59,964 bases of DNA from Catajapyx aquilonaris (lineage: Eukaryota): contig KZ538599.1 of NCBI GenBank assembly GCA_000934665.2, positions 1 to 59,964 of the forward strand. Direction: 5' to 3'. The notes under the pieces are model-generated. The model had not been told where the DNA came from. It searched no databases and saw nothing but the letters and a program-made list of their open reading frames with translations. The translations under genes and the position numbers were made by a program. Shown here piece after piece: positions 25,663 to 38,976 of this stretch (positions are counted from its first letter, which is position 1; each line of letters starts with the position of its first letter).

Positions 25663-26103
25663 AATGAAATGATCATTACAGAAAGTTCATACAATTACAA
25701 TGATAAATGGAGTTATTCATAGTTGTCAAAACTACATATGAAAAACCACCACGAGGCACAAAATATTTTACCAATACGTAACAGGTCATCTGAAAACAGG
25801 CCTTTTATGACACTTGTTCTTATCAACCATCTCTGAAAAGGATGGAAGTGTTTGAAGATGAAAAAAGTTTACAGACTTAGTGATGTTCAGTGTTAACACC
25901 TATTTGTAACGTTCCAGGATATTTTTAGTGTCATGTTCAGGAGTCAATCACTTTTTGTGAAGTGCATGACATCGTGCTCAATATTTTTTTTGTGGCATTC
26001 AATAAGAAAAAGTAGCAATAGTGAAATGCATCTCTGTGCCATCATTGTGCATTTCTAATTACATAATGACTTATTAAGAGTAATTATGTAGCGAATGAAG
26101 GCA

Positions 26104-26360
26104 GAGCAGTGGTGTAGTGGTTAGCACCGCCAGCCTTCCACGTCTGAGGTCCTGAGCGTGATCCCCATATCAGACAGAGGACACTTTGCTCTTGTGGAAA
26201 GTGTTTCAATGGGTTCCCTCCTTGTTCACGTTAGTTTTTTCAGGGATCTGCCATAATCAAAATTAATCAGCAGTGAAACAACTCAATAAAGGCAGGCATT
26301 CACAAGATGATTCCCTAACATGCCACAGGCTTATCACAGGGTAACCATTATTATTATGTG
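26104..26360 (+). mobile_element. Old tRNA-derived SINE remnant; 3' end approximate
   Basis: gcagtggtgtagtggttagcac (A box) followed by a degenerate B box; short (att)n tail near 26347. Confidence 0.5.
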
Positions 26361-26766
26361 AAGAATGCATATTTGAATGGCATTCATTGCAGAAGCGGTA
26401 CAAGTCACATGCTTTTAAATTTAATTAGAAAAATATGGATAGTTTACATTAAATTACCAATGATAAATTCATAACACATGAAAAATTCTACTACATACAC
26501 TTATTCACAGTTTCATAAATACACTGTATGGAAGAAGAGTCGCTTAAGACCTGTCAGTGTGATAATTTTGCACACATTCTTGAGTCATGTGGATTCCCTG
26601 ATGCCAAGGTGAAGGACAGGGATTTTTGCACATAGTAAGTTACATTCACGTATTCTATACCATCTTGACTCAAGAGTGACTGGAAAAATTCCAATGACTG
26701 TAATCTAACTTTTGTTTCACACGTTATGTACATAAGAGGTTTTCCTTCTCTCACTTTTCTTATATA

Positions 26767-27204
26767 CAGGGTGTATCAAAACTCTACCATAAGCCATGTA
26801 CCAATGGCATAAGGGGCACCAGAGCATCATTATATGTAGAGGGGTCATCATGTCTAGGCAGCCACATCACGTAGATAATTGATCATTTGCGAAGTAGCGA
26901 TTGCGCTTAAGCGTGATTGTAGAATAGCAGTGCATCTGGGGGGAACTGCATTCTAAGAGCCCTTAGTGACTACCCCAATAGCAGTGTGGCAGTAGCCCCC
27001 CAGAAAATAGCTGCGACCTTCACCTGTGATGCGATTGGCGGCTGAAGGTTTGCATACCTGCCAGGATATTTTATACCTATTGGTTGAGGTCAATTATCTC
27101 GGTCATGCGGCGGCCCAGGCCTATGATTCCGATACTGAAAATGATCATCTGCTGACCATTACGCCATTGGCATATGGCTTATGGTAGAGTTTTGATACAC
27201 CCTG
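26767..27204. mobile_element. Tc1/mariner-type MITE with ~45-bp TIRs and TA TSD
   Basis: TA|CAGGGTGTATCAAAACTCTACCATAAGCCAT ... ATGGCTTATGGTAGAGTTTTGATACACCCTG|TA. Confidence 0.92.
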
Positions 27205-29671
27205 TATAACCACACTTTCATAACTTATGCCCTTTTGGCAATTACCAATTCAAATATTTGCAAAAATACTAATACATGCAACTTTCATATTATGCTCATA
27301 AGTATAAAGTACGAGTAAGAATAACAATAAATCGTGATATGGAGAAGGATGTTAGAAATATCCACTACTACCATGAGTTGATACAATCAATATGGTTTAA
27401 ATGTGACAAAATATCCGGACTGTTATACCATGATTGGTTTTCCAGAAGCAAAAAAAAAAAAACGCCCAGAAAGTTTGGGGGGGTCACTTCATTAGAACCA
27501 AAATACCAACAATCACATGATTGGTGTGCAGCTAATTTTATCAACCTTTTCAAATACTGTAGCCTCCAAGTAATGAATCGTAAAATTGTTTTTATTGCCC
27601 ACATCATTCACCCATGAACAAATTGTAAATATGATTAATACATCATAGTACAAAATGTCTCAAAATTAACCAATGTTTCACATTCCTCTGCATGTAAGAT
27701 GGGGCATTTCCAGAGGGTTCAGAGTGTTTCTAAGCAATGGATGGCTACAGAGGCCAAGTCCAGGTTTGATAGCTGTCAGGCTCCCTGAAGCTTTTCTTGA
27801 CAGAGGACCTGGTGACCTGCCATCAAATGCATCTATTCATAACCAATTGTGCAACTTTTAGCAATACAATCTCTCGTGAAAGCGGTTTACTCTTCTTCAC
27901 AAAGCGGCCTTTGAAACACATATCAGACTAGCAGTAGTTCATGAGGCTGGTTCTCAATGCTTTCAATGATCCGCATAAGCAGTCACATGCTAACTAATGG
28001 TGTGCATGAAGTTTGCTTTGGTTTATTGGGAAAGTCAAAGTGTGCATGGAAGTTATTTTACATATTGTGTGAGAGGCTCGAAAAGAGACCATGGGTTTAT
28101 GTGAATGCAAAGAATTGGTAAAATATTATGCCACAGCATCTCTAGTCAACAGGATTTTTAGTGTAGCCCAGATAAACACTCAACAAATATGATAAGTAAT
28201 GAACTCAAGAGAGGTGCCCCAGGGCGCAAATCCCTCCTCACATTTTAAGTCATGATCACTCAAAACAATAGGGTAGGACATGATTTTGATGAATAACTTC
28301 AATGCTTTGCAATGCCTTTGCTACACCCATGCCACATATCAAGCCTATGTTAGTCAACATACTGGTCTTAATAAAATTTACATATCAATATTCATTTGCT
28401 TAAATTAACTCCTTTCAGATGGGCCCCCTTTTGCTAATTTATTGGTTTCAGATGGGGGGGGGGGGGGGGGGGGNTTATTTACATGTAAGTTAAAAGATTA
28501 AAGTTCTCTCCAAGTCAACAACATGGGCAGATCTGTAAAGCTATGGCAGCTTGGTTTGCAACGGAATAACTATTCTCTAGCTATGGACTCAAAAGCCAAC
28601 ATGTTCCAAAGTGAGCAATGAGATAACAATCGCCTTCAACATTGTTTTTGCCCCTCTTGATTATTTTCTTTTAGACATATGGTAGCAGTGGATCTGATGA
28701 TTCACTCTGGATGGATATGTAGCTCAAGTTACTCTCCATGCCTAAATTGGGAGATCAAGGTCAACACATTTTTTTTTTTTACCTTCGTACCTGTGAGTGA
28801 CAAAAATGCTGACACTGGAAAAATTGGTGTGCATATTTTTGGCACTCATTGTATTTAAGCAACTTATTTTCTTTCTAGTGTGAGAAAAGTGAAAAAGGCA
28901 TACAGAAACTGTTACTTTGCTTAAGTAAACTGGTTTCCCTGTAAAGGCCACTGGGGAAAAGAACTAAAAGGCAATTTAAAATGAATGATATCCACAAAAT
29001 TTAATGGCATTTTAGAAATGGTTCACTTGGTAGTGTCACATGGGTGTTATCTTAATTGATATGGTATTATGCAACAAAATATGAACAAGTTTGAAGTCAC
29101 CAGTGTCATAAAAAATTATGAGGTATGCATTCAATGCAAATTATGCAAATGACACTTGCACTCTCACTTGACAAAAAACAAAACAAAAACAGAATCTTCA
29201 AAATGCCATACAGTGACAGGGACACAACTAAAGTGGATATAAAAATACAGCAAAAAAATTACAACAAAAATGAACACACTTAACTTATTCAAGTTTTATG
29301 TAATAATTACAGTCCATATGGTCAAGAGATCCCTCCACCACTATTATATTACACAAGGCCTACTGCTTAAACATGCACTTGAAGTGTGCCACATACAGGC
29401 CTCTAATGCATCATGGATACAGCATGTGACACAAACTTGATTGATGGAAAGTTGAACTCTCCTCAAATTATCTACAAACATTCGAGAGTACAAAACATAC
29501 ACAGTAAATTTCTTATCAATATACTGTATTATTTACAGCTTGTAGTGAACATTTCAAGTTTTCGATACCTACAGTAGATTTTATCAGCTTTTTCTCAGAA
29601 ATGAACCCTGACATGATCTCTCAATTAGGTTCCTTGTCATTACATAATGCACTTGCCTACAGGGAGTTATA

Positions 29672-30261
29672 CATGGTGTTCCAAATTCGTGGGTCGTTTT
29701 TTATAACTGATATCACCTGATAGTAGTTTTTTGTAGCTTGTTGTGCCCCTAACCAGGTGCCCCATTCTATAGCAACTGCTATATTCAACCCCCTGGGAGC
29801 ATGACCTTAGACTACTAAGGTCTGGTCATTACCTCTTATCGCCTGATGGGGCGGTTTGCGGGAGATGCTCACTTGAGAGCACCTTTCCAAATCTCTATAC
29901 ATACCTGGCGACCTTACCGGACAGAGCTGAACTTAGGAAGAAGGGAAGCGTCGGTCAAAATTAAGAATCTCTTTCGATCATACGAGTATGAGATTCTTAA
30001 TTTTGACTGATGCTTCCCTTCTGCCTAAGTTCAGCGCTGTCCGGTAGGGTCGCAACGTATGTATAGAGATTCAGAAAGGTTCTCTCAAGTGAGCACCTAC
30101 TGCAAAACGCCCAGTCAGGCGATAAGATCTGATGATAGGGGGCGTGTCTGGGGGTTGCCTCGGAGTAATGGAGCACCTGGTTAGGGGCACAACAAGCTAC
30201 AAAAAATAACTATCGGGCGATATCAGTTATAAAAAGTGACCCATGAATTTGGAACACCCTG
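29672..30261. mobile_element. Almost fully palindromic Tc1/mariner-type foldback MITE (~590 bp), TA TSD
   Basis: TA|CATGGTGTTCCAAATTC ... GAATTTGGAACACCCTG|TA; complementarity continues inward to gtcaaaattaagaatctc/gagattcttaattttgac around a short central loop near 29972-29989. Confidence 0.92.
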
Positions 30262-32235
30262 TATTTTCGCCAAATTCACATGGTGTTGCTTGTGATGTGA
30301 CATACTTGTCTTTAAGGTTCATCCTAATTAAGACACGCTTATCATATTGCAATAGTGACACATTTCCATAATTATGTTAACATGCACAGTAATTTACATG
30401 CCATGCACATCAAAGTGAAGGACAAAAGTGTGACAATTGTCATTGCATATTGGTGTTTAACAGTAAGTAATGAACCCTTCTCAATGAATTTTCAATGCAG
30501 CCTTTGGATGTCCAAATATACAATAAAAATGTCGCACAAATGACAGAAATGTAAAAGTCTGCGTAATGAACCCAGAGTATTTGAATGATGTGTACTAAGT
30601 TATTTCATATATCATGATTGCTACATTAAAACAAATCACATTTCACTTCATGTCAATGCCACTTGCAATTCTGGACTTACATTACTGCAGTTATGGTTGG
30701 GCCAATTATGTACTTAAGTGCTCTACTAACAAAAAAATTAAGGACACAAAATCCAGCACTTTTTAACCTCAAAGAAAGTAGTTCTGAATAAATATCTGAA
30801 TGAATATCTCAACCCCAAGAATCACACTGACAGTGTAGCTTGTATACACATTGATCAGAATTATTACAAGAGTCGCTACATGCATCGCAAGTGGGCACCG
30901 CAAATGGGGTCCAACTTCAAGATGCAGTAAACAATTACTGTACTTTCACACTTTTTATTGTGATTATGTTTTTGTCACTAAGAGTGACTTCATGCCAATC
31001 AGTATGTATCAAATTCAAAACTACAATTGAGTTGACTGCCATCTGGAAAACCCCAAGTGATACCTTCCAGAGCACCAGTCCTTGGCTGACTTCCTTCAGG
31101 ATTCAGCATTTTGGGTGCATAACACTTCCATCATCTCCAGCCGCTCATGGGAGATAATGAGTACTGGAACACAGGGTCAACATTCATTTCAGAATGATTC
31201 ATTGACCTGACATGACAAGTTCGTGAATTGAATTATGAATCACATCAATGCGATTGGAGTACTCCCACTTGGGACTGGGTTTCACCTATGTGGCTTTACA
31301 AAGATTTCCTCTGCCAATACATTCTAAGGCACCTATTAAACACATTTCTATTGCTGGGCAATGGCAGAAAGAACATTTGTTCTTACTGACATCTGTCAAT
31401 TTGGGCAGTAGTCTATACCCTGGCTGGTATCACCTGGAGATTATTGACTCCACCTACCACATCTCTCAGAATACTAGGGCAATTGATTATTATTAATTGA
31501 ATATAAAATCAGGGTTTTTTCTTCAGGCAAATAAATGAGCTAGATTAAAATAATTCACAACTGCATTTTCACACCACACTGGCTTTGGCTGATTGCTTAT
31601 TAAAAGCAGTTGAAAAATTCCATTACGAGATAACTTGAACTATGGTTATGTACTATTATGTTGTGTTGTACTTGAATTAAGTACGGTACTATTTTGGAAA
31701 CTCCTCAAGAGGATTTTCCATACACTCACCCCATCATATCCAGGAATATTGGTGGTCTTTTACTACAGCAGGGGTGTTAATATGTGTATATACATACGGG
31801 CTGTCACTCAAAGATTAGAATGAAAGGTTGGGCATTGCTATGGTAATTTTCCACTTCAATCACTCACAAAACAGGTTGCAATGGTAACAACCAAATGCTG
31901 CAAATCTAGGATCAGACAGCCCATACAAATCAAACAACACGAACAAAAGGGAAGTAGTGATAAACAATGATCTCAATAATTATTTTTGTACCATGATACT
32001 AGGAAGTAAAAAACATCACGTACTTATCCTCAGAGAATTGAAGAATATGAATCCAATTGCAACAGTCCTTGATATACAGCAAATTGAAAGTAAAAAAATA
32101 ACTATTACTCGAATATGTACAATTGCATACCAGTTCTAATCCCATGAAAAATGCAATATCTTTTTGCATAGTATTGAAATACTGTACTAACCACTGAACT
32201 AACCACTGTTAACTCCTGAATAATGCTTCTGTGAT

Positions 32236-34431
32236 TCAGCGTCGTTTCTTGTCACAACTTGCCCTGCGTATTGGCCTTGGCCCTCCAGCAGGTGAACTGA
32301 ATGGTGGCACCAATGTCAGCAGGCGCCGTGGTGCAGCCTGAGAAGCAGTTGGTGCCACTCCCGTCCCTTGCCCAACTTTAGGCCCGGGCAAAAGCTGCAG
32401 CAGTTGTTGGGCATCGAGAGCCAGTAAGGGAGATGAAGGTTGCCCTGTTGCTGGTGCTGGGGATGGTGCACGTGGAGCCATCATCCTTGTTGCAATACCA
32501 ACTGGAAGAGTCAGGCTGAGACCAGGGGAGATGGAAGGCTGCGGAGCGGCTTGTTGGGGTGGGGCAGTCAATCGCTCTAACAAGGATGATGGTGGCGAAG
32601 GAGCAGGATGGTCTGCTGAGGGAGTACCAGCAAGAAGAGCTGAGAGTCCCGGACTGCTCAGTGTTGAAGTTGGGGGTTGTGATGGAGGTGGTGTTTTAGG
32701 TGCAGGTGGTGGTACTGGAGGTGGAGGTGGTGCAGGGGCAATGGTTGGGGCTGGGGCTGGGGGATGAATGCCTAACCCTAACTGAAGTGCTAATGTGGGG
32801 GCAGCTTTTGCTGCTGCTGATGGTGCTAAAAGGCTTGCTAATGTTAAATGTTGTGTTTCTGGTTGCGTAATTTGTGTTGTTGAAGTGGACTGGGTGGTTG
32901 TTGCTGCATTGGCGGCAGCAGCAGCTGCAGCAGCATCACGGCGTTGCTGGAATTGGTGTGCTGATGACAGGAGGCTTGACACTATAGCACATATGGCTGG
33001 ATTAGTAGGCCTTGATGGTACAGTTATAGTTGGAGCTGAGGTAGGCGTTGCTACTGGAGTTGCAGTTGGAACAGTGGCAGGGGAAGGAGTTGGTACATGG
33101 GCTGGAGCAGGGGCTGAAGCAGCAGTTGCAGCAGATGCTGTAGGAACTGCGGCTGTGGTAGTTGTGGCAACTATTCCTCTTGCAGCTCTCAATGCTGGTG
33201 TACACGTCACCCGTGCCAGTTGACCTGGTGCCCGATGTGTAATGCGAACAGCTTTGCGGCCCTCCTCAGTAAATATCTCCGTAAACTGGTGCACGTATCT
33301 CATGGCCAGGATGCGGGAGGGCAAAGCAAATCGACATGAAGCACCAGTTCCTCCAGTACATCCATCTCGACGGTCACGCTCCACATATAACTCACCCAAG
33401 ACCTCTTCAGCAGATAGACGCTGTCGGAGGGTCAGTCGAGTCACATGAGTCCAACCAGGTGCACGTTCAGTTTCAAGAATGTATTCTTCAAGTAGCCTTG
33501 GTGTGGAGTCATTGCCTACTTCTGCCCTTGGCCTTTCCAGAGGGCGAGCCAGACGAGACACATCCAATGTCACAGGTGGCACTAGTGGTGGCAGCTGAGA
33601 ACCGACAATTGGGTTTGGAAGTGGTGCTGCAGTACGTTGCGTATTACGTCGGGCCAGAAAGTCCATAAGATGCGAGTTCTGAAAGCTGTGACTGTCAGCT
33701 TGGATGCCACTTTTCCGCATCGCAGCTTGAGCCGACAGGCTTTGACACTGTCGACGAAGAAGACGTCGCATTGCAACAGTTGGTAAGATGGCTCGACGAT
33801 TGTGTATCCTGTTGGCAACTAGTGACACCTTGGGATCAGGATCCAAACACAATTGCCGACACATTGTTTGCAACAAAAATGCTTCTGCTTCCGCTGGCGA
33901 ACACCCAGTCCGGTGAGCAATACGTTTAGCATCTGATATTGTCGACCCTTGCGACGGATGAATTAATACTGTGCGGCCAATTCTCCCGGCACTCCCTTTA
34001 CGCATATCATGTAGGTCAAGGACCAGCGATCCACGCCAAAATGGCATTGGTACCTTCATGTTTAAGTCATCTGACGTTTCATCATCCATCAATTCGAGCA
34101 AGGATGGTGGCAATGTTTGCTGTTCAATAGCTGCCAACAACTCAGATCCTGCAGCCGGAAAGGGGGCACTTTCAGGTTGACCTGGCAACCCTATGGTAAA
34201 TGTATCACCAGATGGATGCACTGTGACTGTCATTTTTTTTGGCTGTGTCCTTAACCTGTGCATAAAGTTGACTGATGGCCGCAGGCATGGGTGAACCTTG
34301 GTGACCTCTCTGGCTTCTTCCAGTAATGCTGCATAACCTGGATCCAGTGGTAATGGTGGGTCCGTGCTGCCCCCAGCAACAGATGTGAGGAGGGCTTCTG
34401 TTTTGACCCAAGTTTCCAGTGGCTCTGCCAT
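32236..34431 (-). CDS. SUPT20H: Transcription factor SPT20 homolog (SAGA complex subunit), 731 aa, single coding exon
   Basis: N-terminal Spt20-like motifs (LLAAIEQQTLPPSLLEL, FWRGSLVLDLHDMR, VLIHPSQ, LCLDPDPKVSLVANRI), conserved block LEEYILETER...YVHQFTEIFTEEGRKAVRITH, long Pro/Ala/Thr-rich C-terminus; 5' UTR acceptor atatttcag|GCTGG at about 34445. Confidence 0.82.
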   Translation of the reverse strand: MAEPLETWVKTEALLTSVAGGSTDPPLPLDPGYAALLEEAREVTKVHPCLRPSVNFMHRLRTQPKKMTVTVHPSGDTFTIGLPGQPESAPFPAAGSELLAAIEQQTLPPSLLELMDDETSDDLNMKVPMPFWRGSLVLDLHDMRKGSAGRIGRTVLIHPSQGSTISDAKRIAHRTGCSPAEAEAFLLQTMCRQLCLDPDPKVSLVANRIHNRRAILPTVAMRRLLRRQCQSLSAQAAMRKSGIQADSHSFQNSHLMDFLARRNTQRTAAPLPNPIVGSQLPPLVPPVTLDVSRLARPLERPRAEVGNDSTPRLLEEYILETERAPGWTHVTRLTLRQRLSAEEVLGELYVERDRRDGCTGGTGASCRFALPSRILAMRYVHQFTEIFTEEGRKAVRITHRAPGQLARVTCTPALRAARGIVATTTTAAVPTASAATAASAPAPAHVPTPSPATVPTATPVATPTSAPTITVPSRPTNPAICAIVSSLLSSAHQFQQRRDAAAAAAAANAATTTQSTSTTQITQPETQHLTLASLLAPSAAAKAAPTLALQLGLGIHPPAPAPTIAPAPPPPPVPPPAPKTPPPSQPPTSTLSSPGLSALLAGTPSADHPAPSPPSSLLERLTAPPQQAAPQPSISPGLSLTLPVGIATRMMAPRAPSPAPATGQPSSPLLALDAQQLLQLLPGPKVGQGTGVAPTASQAAPRRLLTLVPPFSSPAGGPRPIRRASCDKKRR

Positions 34432-34699
34432 TGTCCAGTTCCAGCCTGAAATATTACGTTCGTGAATTTCACTTCACACCAAACAAGGTACAGGGTCAGC
34501 ATTACCGGCAAGGCGCTGGGCACGGCGCTGGGCATCCGACATGTTTCATTCCTGGCATTAACGCCAACAGGAAAAAATGAGCCAAAAATTAATTAAAATT
34601 AATTACAATGTGAATATTAAACTTCTTAACTGTAGTAGGTCTGATATTTTATAACATAGTAATATGTTTTTAACACGGTATTTAATAATCCCCATTGCC

Positions 34700-34885
34700 G
34701 TTGGCAACACTGAACTTGGCTCCACATTTGAACCAGCTAACACGTTGAGCTTGTCATATCATTTTGTAAGTTACAAAAAGGCTGCCGTTTTAATTCTAAA
34801 GTCAGCACCTGGTTACGGAAATATTGTTTGATACTGAAATTAACCTATATACGTATGGTCAAAATATGTTTTATTTCATCGATAT
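34700..34885 (-). promoter_or_regulatory. Likely housekeeping-type promoter region of the SPT20 gene
   Basis: TGGCAACACTG (TGGYAACR-like, ~34702) and DRE-like CATCGATA (~34877) upstream of the CDS; motif matches only. Confidence 0.3.
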
Positions 34886-35227
34886 CTTATTCAGTATTGA
34901 CTCTGGCACGTCGTCTGCTCAAGTGGCTAAGTAGTTTCTATTTTATTCGAGAGAGGGTAGCACATAATGGTTGAGGGTACACGTTGAGGGTACACTATAC
35001 GACGGTAGTAAAACCCACGTGCGGTAAAACCGTACAAGGTACCGTTGACACACTGCTGCCAAGCTGTCTCGATATCGCACTAGTGGCAGCCCAGATTCTG
35101 GGCTAACTTTTACAGGGGCAATAAATCTAACATAATTCAGGGTAGACATGGACTGAATAAGCAGTATGCATGCAAGATCTCAGGTATAGTTTGACGGAGA
35201 GCTGAAGGCAATTTGCACACTCATATT

Positions 35228-35415
35228 CAGTGGCGGATCTAGACGTCGCGTTTGGGGGGGGGGGATGATTTGTCGCCGCGCTCCCCCCCCCCCCCCCCCC
35301 CCNNNNNNNNNNNNNNNNNNNNNNNNNNNNNNNNNNNNNNNNNNNNTGCTTCAGCTTGGGGGGGGGGGTGATCACCCCGATCACCTCCCCCCCCCCCCCC
35401 GTAGATCCGCCACTG
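35228..35415. mobile_element. hAT MITE spanning an assembly gap, with perfect 8-bp TSD
   Basis: CAGTGGCGGATCTA ... TAGATCCGCCACTG; TSD ctcatatt at 35220-35227 and 35416-35423; N run 35303-35346. Confidence 0.9.
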
Positions 35416-37578
35416 CTCATATTGCAGCTGACCCTACAATGTAATATATGAAGAAAAAAAATTCACATCCTTGGAACTATCTCACAATTAAAGTTATTAA
35501 ATGAATTTTTTATTCCCGTTTTATGAGATTTGCTTTTGTTTGTTTTAAAAATAGTTAGGGGAATATGGGGGAAAACCTAGAATTAATTATAAAAATAATT
35601 TTACATAGGCCATTATTTTATAAGCAGATGTCTAGACGGATAACCCTGCTCCGGGCTTAAGGCATACCCCCGCTTTATTTTAATGCCACCCACTGCCCCA
35701 TTGCGACTCAGGACGATATGAATCCAGGAAAGACGCGGAATTGTCATGTCTCGAGTACGATCAAGTCCGAGGTAGGCTACCTTCTGCCAAATGCATAATG
35801 ACATATATGACAACTCCACGTCTTTCTGAGCTTCAAATCGCCTTCAGTTATCGCGGTGGGTTATCTAGATTGGGGGTGGGATGCAGAATATGGGTGTAAT
35901 TTATTAACTCAAACTAATGAGAGAGAAATAAATAAAAACTGTAGCCTAGTTGTTTTAAGCAGAAATGTAGGCTATATACTAATTCATTGCCTGCTTTGTG
36001 CAATATGCCCGGTAATTCAGATTATACACACTTCACTTATGTATAGTTGTAGCTGTACAGTACCTCCTCCAGTGAACGTGTAGCCTATAATATGTAATAC
36101 AAAAAACCTATATTTTCTTCCCTCTACACTTTTGACAGTAAGTAGGTTAAACTGTGAAAGCGACTGACCTATCTATTGCAGTATTGCTACAGGCTGAGTG
36201 AGATAGTTCCTGTATAGAGTGTAGACAGTAATTCCGTCGAAGGAATGCGTTACATATTCTTGGCTTAGAAGCAAGTGTCTTACAGTAGGCATACCACAGA
36301 TCAGGTGGTCTACATTGTTGACAAAATCCATTCTATTTAACAAACATGATGTTTAACTCTATTCGGGTGGGAAAGTAATGCTCATTGTAAACAATGTGTT
36401 ACAGGCTTAACTACAGATCCACCTGGTCGTACTAGTCACAAAGACATATTCTGTACACCATTCAATATTAAATGATTACCAATCTATGATGTCATTCTGA
36501 CGCCAAACCTTGGAGCAGGTACAAATATTTTAAGAAGCAATGTCATGCAATGCAATTTCGATTTTCCTGGTGGCTCATGCACTTCCGTCATTTGGCTGAT
36601 TAGCCTACATGCAGATTATGATAATATGACGCATCCTTTAGAAAGGTGTATAAAAATCCATCAAATACACGGGACAGTTGAGCCACACAATATTTTCTCC
36701 TTCTTTCTCTCGGTGTGTTAATGGCAATGATGTAAGAGAAGGTTGGCCACAACCCACAACTCCACTTTCTCACACTCGCCTGTCGTCTTCTTCCATCGTC
36801 ACCATGCTCTTGCCCTTTGACATCCCGTTTTTGTTTTAAATTCCAGGGGGAGGATTTTTGCAACCACTAAAATCGCAGAGAAAATGCACGGTTTATGGCC
36901 AATTGTGTTCACCTGAGTTATTTCGCACTGTTGGGGAAGGGCAATTATGGTGAAGGACACTGGCTTTTCAGTGTTCAAAGATGGCGGACAAAAATATTAG
37001 CTGGAGCCTTTCGAACATCCGAAAGATTTATTCGCTCATTGATCATTGCGTCATTATTTTGTTGGAGGAGGATGCTAGCGAATCAAAAAAGCGGCTTAAA
37101 TGACATCATGCGTACAAGGAAGATGCATGTACAGTACAGTAGCGCTGATGACTACTTCTTCCAAAAATGTGAAATGTGTCCTTATACGCATACGCAACAA
37201 AGCCCAATGCCATTAGTGAAGGCAAATTATTAACAAATTTTGGCAAAAGTTGGTAGTCCTCGCTCCATTTATTCTGCCATCTGAATAGAATGAGAGAAAA
37301 CTGGAAATCATCTTAATCACTCCAAAATTCCTTGTAGCGTGACCCTGCCACGTCAATACATGTCGCATGAGCAACAAAGAATAATTACGCCAGCGTTTTA
37401 CTTTCATTTTGCTGTCAAACTGCAAGCAGGACACTGCGTTATTAGTGGTCATAAATCGCGCCTCGGTTCATAATGGCGTCATATGTGCATCAACCAAAGC
37501 GATAAAAGTCAAAACTAGGAGAAATCCTCCTCCTCCTCCCTCCTTTACCCACGGAATTTGAACCGCACTTTTTGTCAG

Positions 37579-37823
37579 ATGTTCCAGGCAACACCAGCAC
37601 CACCTACGGCTCATGGAGGCCCTTCCAAGTTCCAAGCTCCAATGCCAATTTCCAGCGAGGTTGGGGCTGCTCGGCAGTCAGGATCTGGCTTCTTGGCCGA
37701 CGACGTGACCGATTTCTCTTGCGCCATCCTTATCCAACATACCACTGTTTAGTGAGCTAGTGTCCAGTGCGGAAGTTGCAGGAAGGCTAAGAACAACTCA
37801 AAGGTGCTGTTTGTGATTTGCAG
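37579..37823 (+). other. Candidate upstream (probably non-coding) exon, possibly the first exon of the clip-SPH gene
   Basis: GC-richer island bounded by tttttgtcag| and CAG|GTGAGA (donor at 37824); no convincing ORF. Confidence 0.3.
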
Positions 37824-38921
37824 GTGAGAATATATATTAATTTTAGGCAAGTGTTGTGCGACCATAATTGACGAAATTTTAGAGCTGTAGGCATGCACAT
37901 AGTATTAGAAATTTGACATAAGGCTGTCAGGCACACAAAAAATTAAACACAATTTCACAATTTAAAAATAATATTAAAATACAAAGCCAGTGCACAAAAT
38001 GTGACGTTTCTTGCGCTAGTATGTACAAAAAAAGTTTAAAACCTAAAGGAATATTGAATAATAATACCGTTGTACTCTAACTTGGATTTAATTTAATTGT
38101 AATATACAGCATAGCCTACGTATATTAAAACATATATTAGCTAATTAGGCAGAACCAGTACAATTATTGCTTAAACTCCTTTAAAATATGTTGAACCGGT
38201 AGAAAAAGAAGTCAAGGCTGACCGAAATATTTCGTTAAGAAGTTGTAAGTAGTCAGACAAGTGGTTGGATTCATAAATTACCACTTCCGTTACTTTTCCG
38301 AACATTCTCAAGACCATCAGAGAATGCTTTTTCTTTTCTTCATCTTCTCCGTCTAGTTTAGTGACCTTACAGAAACCAGTTGGATTTTATTTGTAGTTTT
38401 AGCTAAGGATAAATATTATATGCCTCATGCTTAAATTCTTTAAGGTGTCTTAGACATGATTCATCACCAGTGCCTTCGGATTCATTACGCAGTACTTTAG
38501 TGAAATATTGCGACCGAGATGTGGTAAGTTGTGAAGGTATAGGACTCTGCCCTTTGTCACCGTCATCTTAACAAACGCTCATCCAGTTTACAACGTAACC
38601 GAATTTATACAAGTCACGATCCTGTGCTTCCCTCCCCCTTCTCCACTTGTCTCCAACCAAGTTACTGCAATGTCAGTATGTCACATACACTCATGCGGTA
38701 CCAGTTTCTAAAAAGTCTTGAATGGACAACCTCTTAATTACATTATTAAGGTAGTGTTGGGCGCGTTTCATTGACCGTGGTCCAGATAACGGGACGTTTT
38801 TGCGATTCCTGGAGAAAGTGACCTTGACCATTTCCGGGTCAAGCGACTGTTTCACTTAATTCCGCTTGACCAACTAAACGGGATAGAAATCTTCTGACTA
38901 GTCCCACATCAGTTATCATCG

Positions 38922-38976
<55 letters not shown>
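38922..38976. repeat. (ATT)n microsatellite
   Basis: Direct reading. Confidence 0.95.

Noticed and set aside
28453..28474. Poly-G tracts with N (also 1633-1658 and 53304-53324) as G-quadruplex elements
   Set aside because: Homopolymers with ambiguous bases; length unreliable and likely affected by sequencing error.
32531..34180. Several plus-strand ORFs overlapping SPT20
   Set aside because: Antisense shadows of a low-complexity Pro/Ala/Thr-rich CDS.
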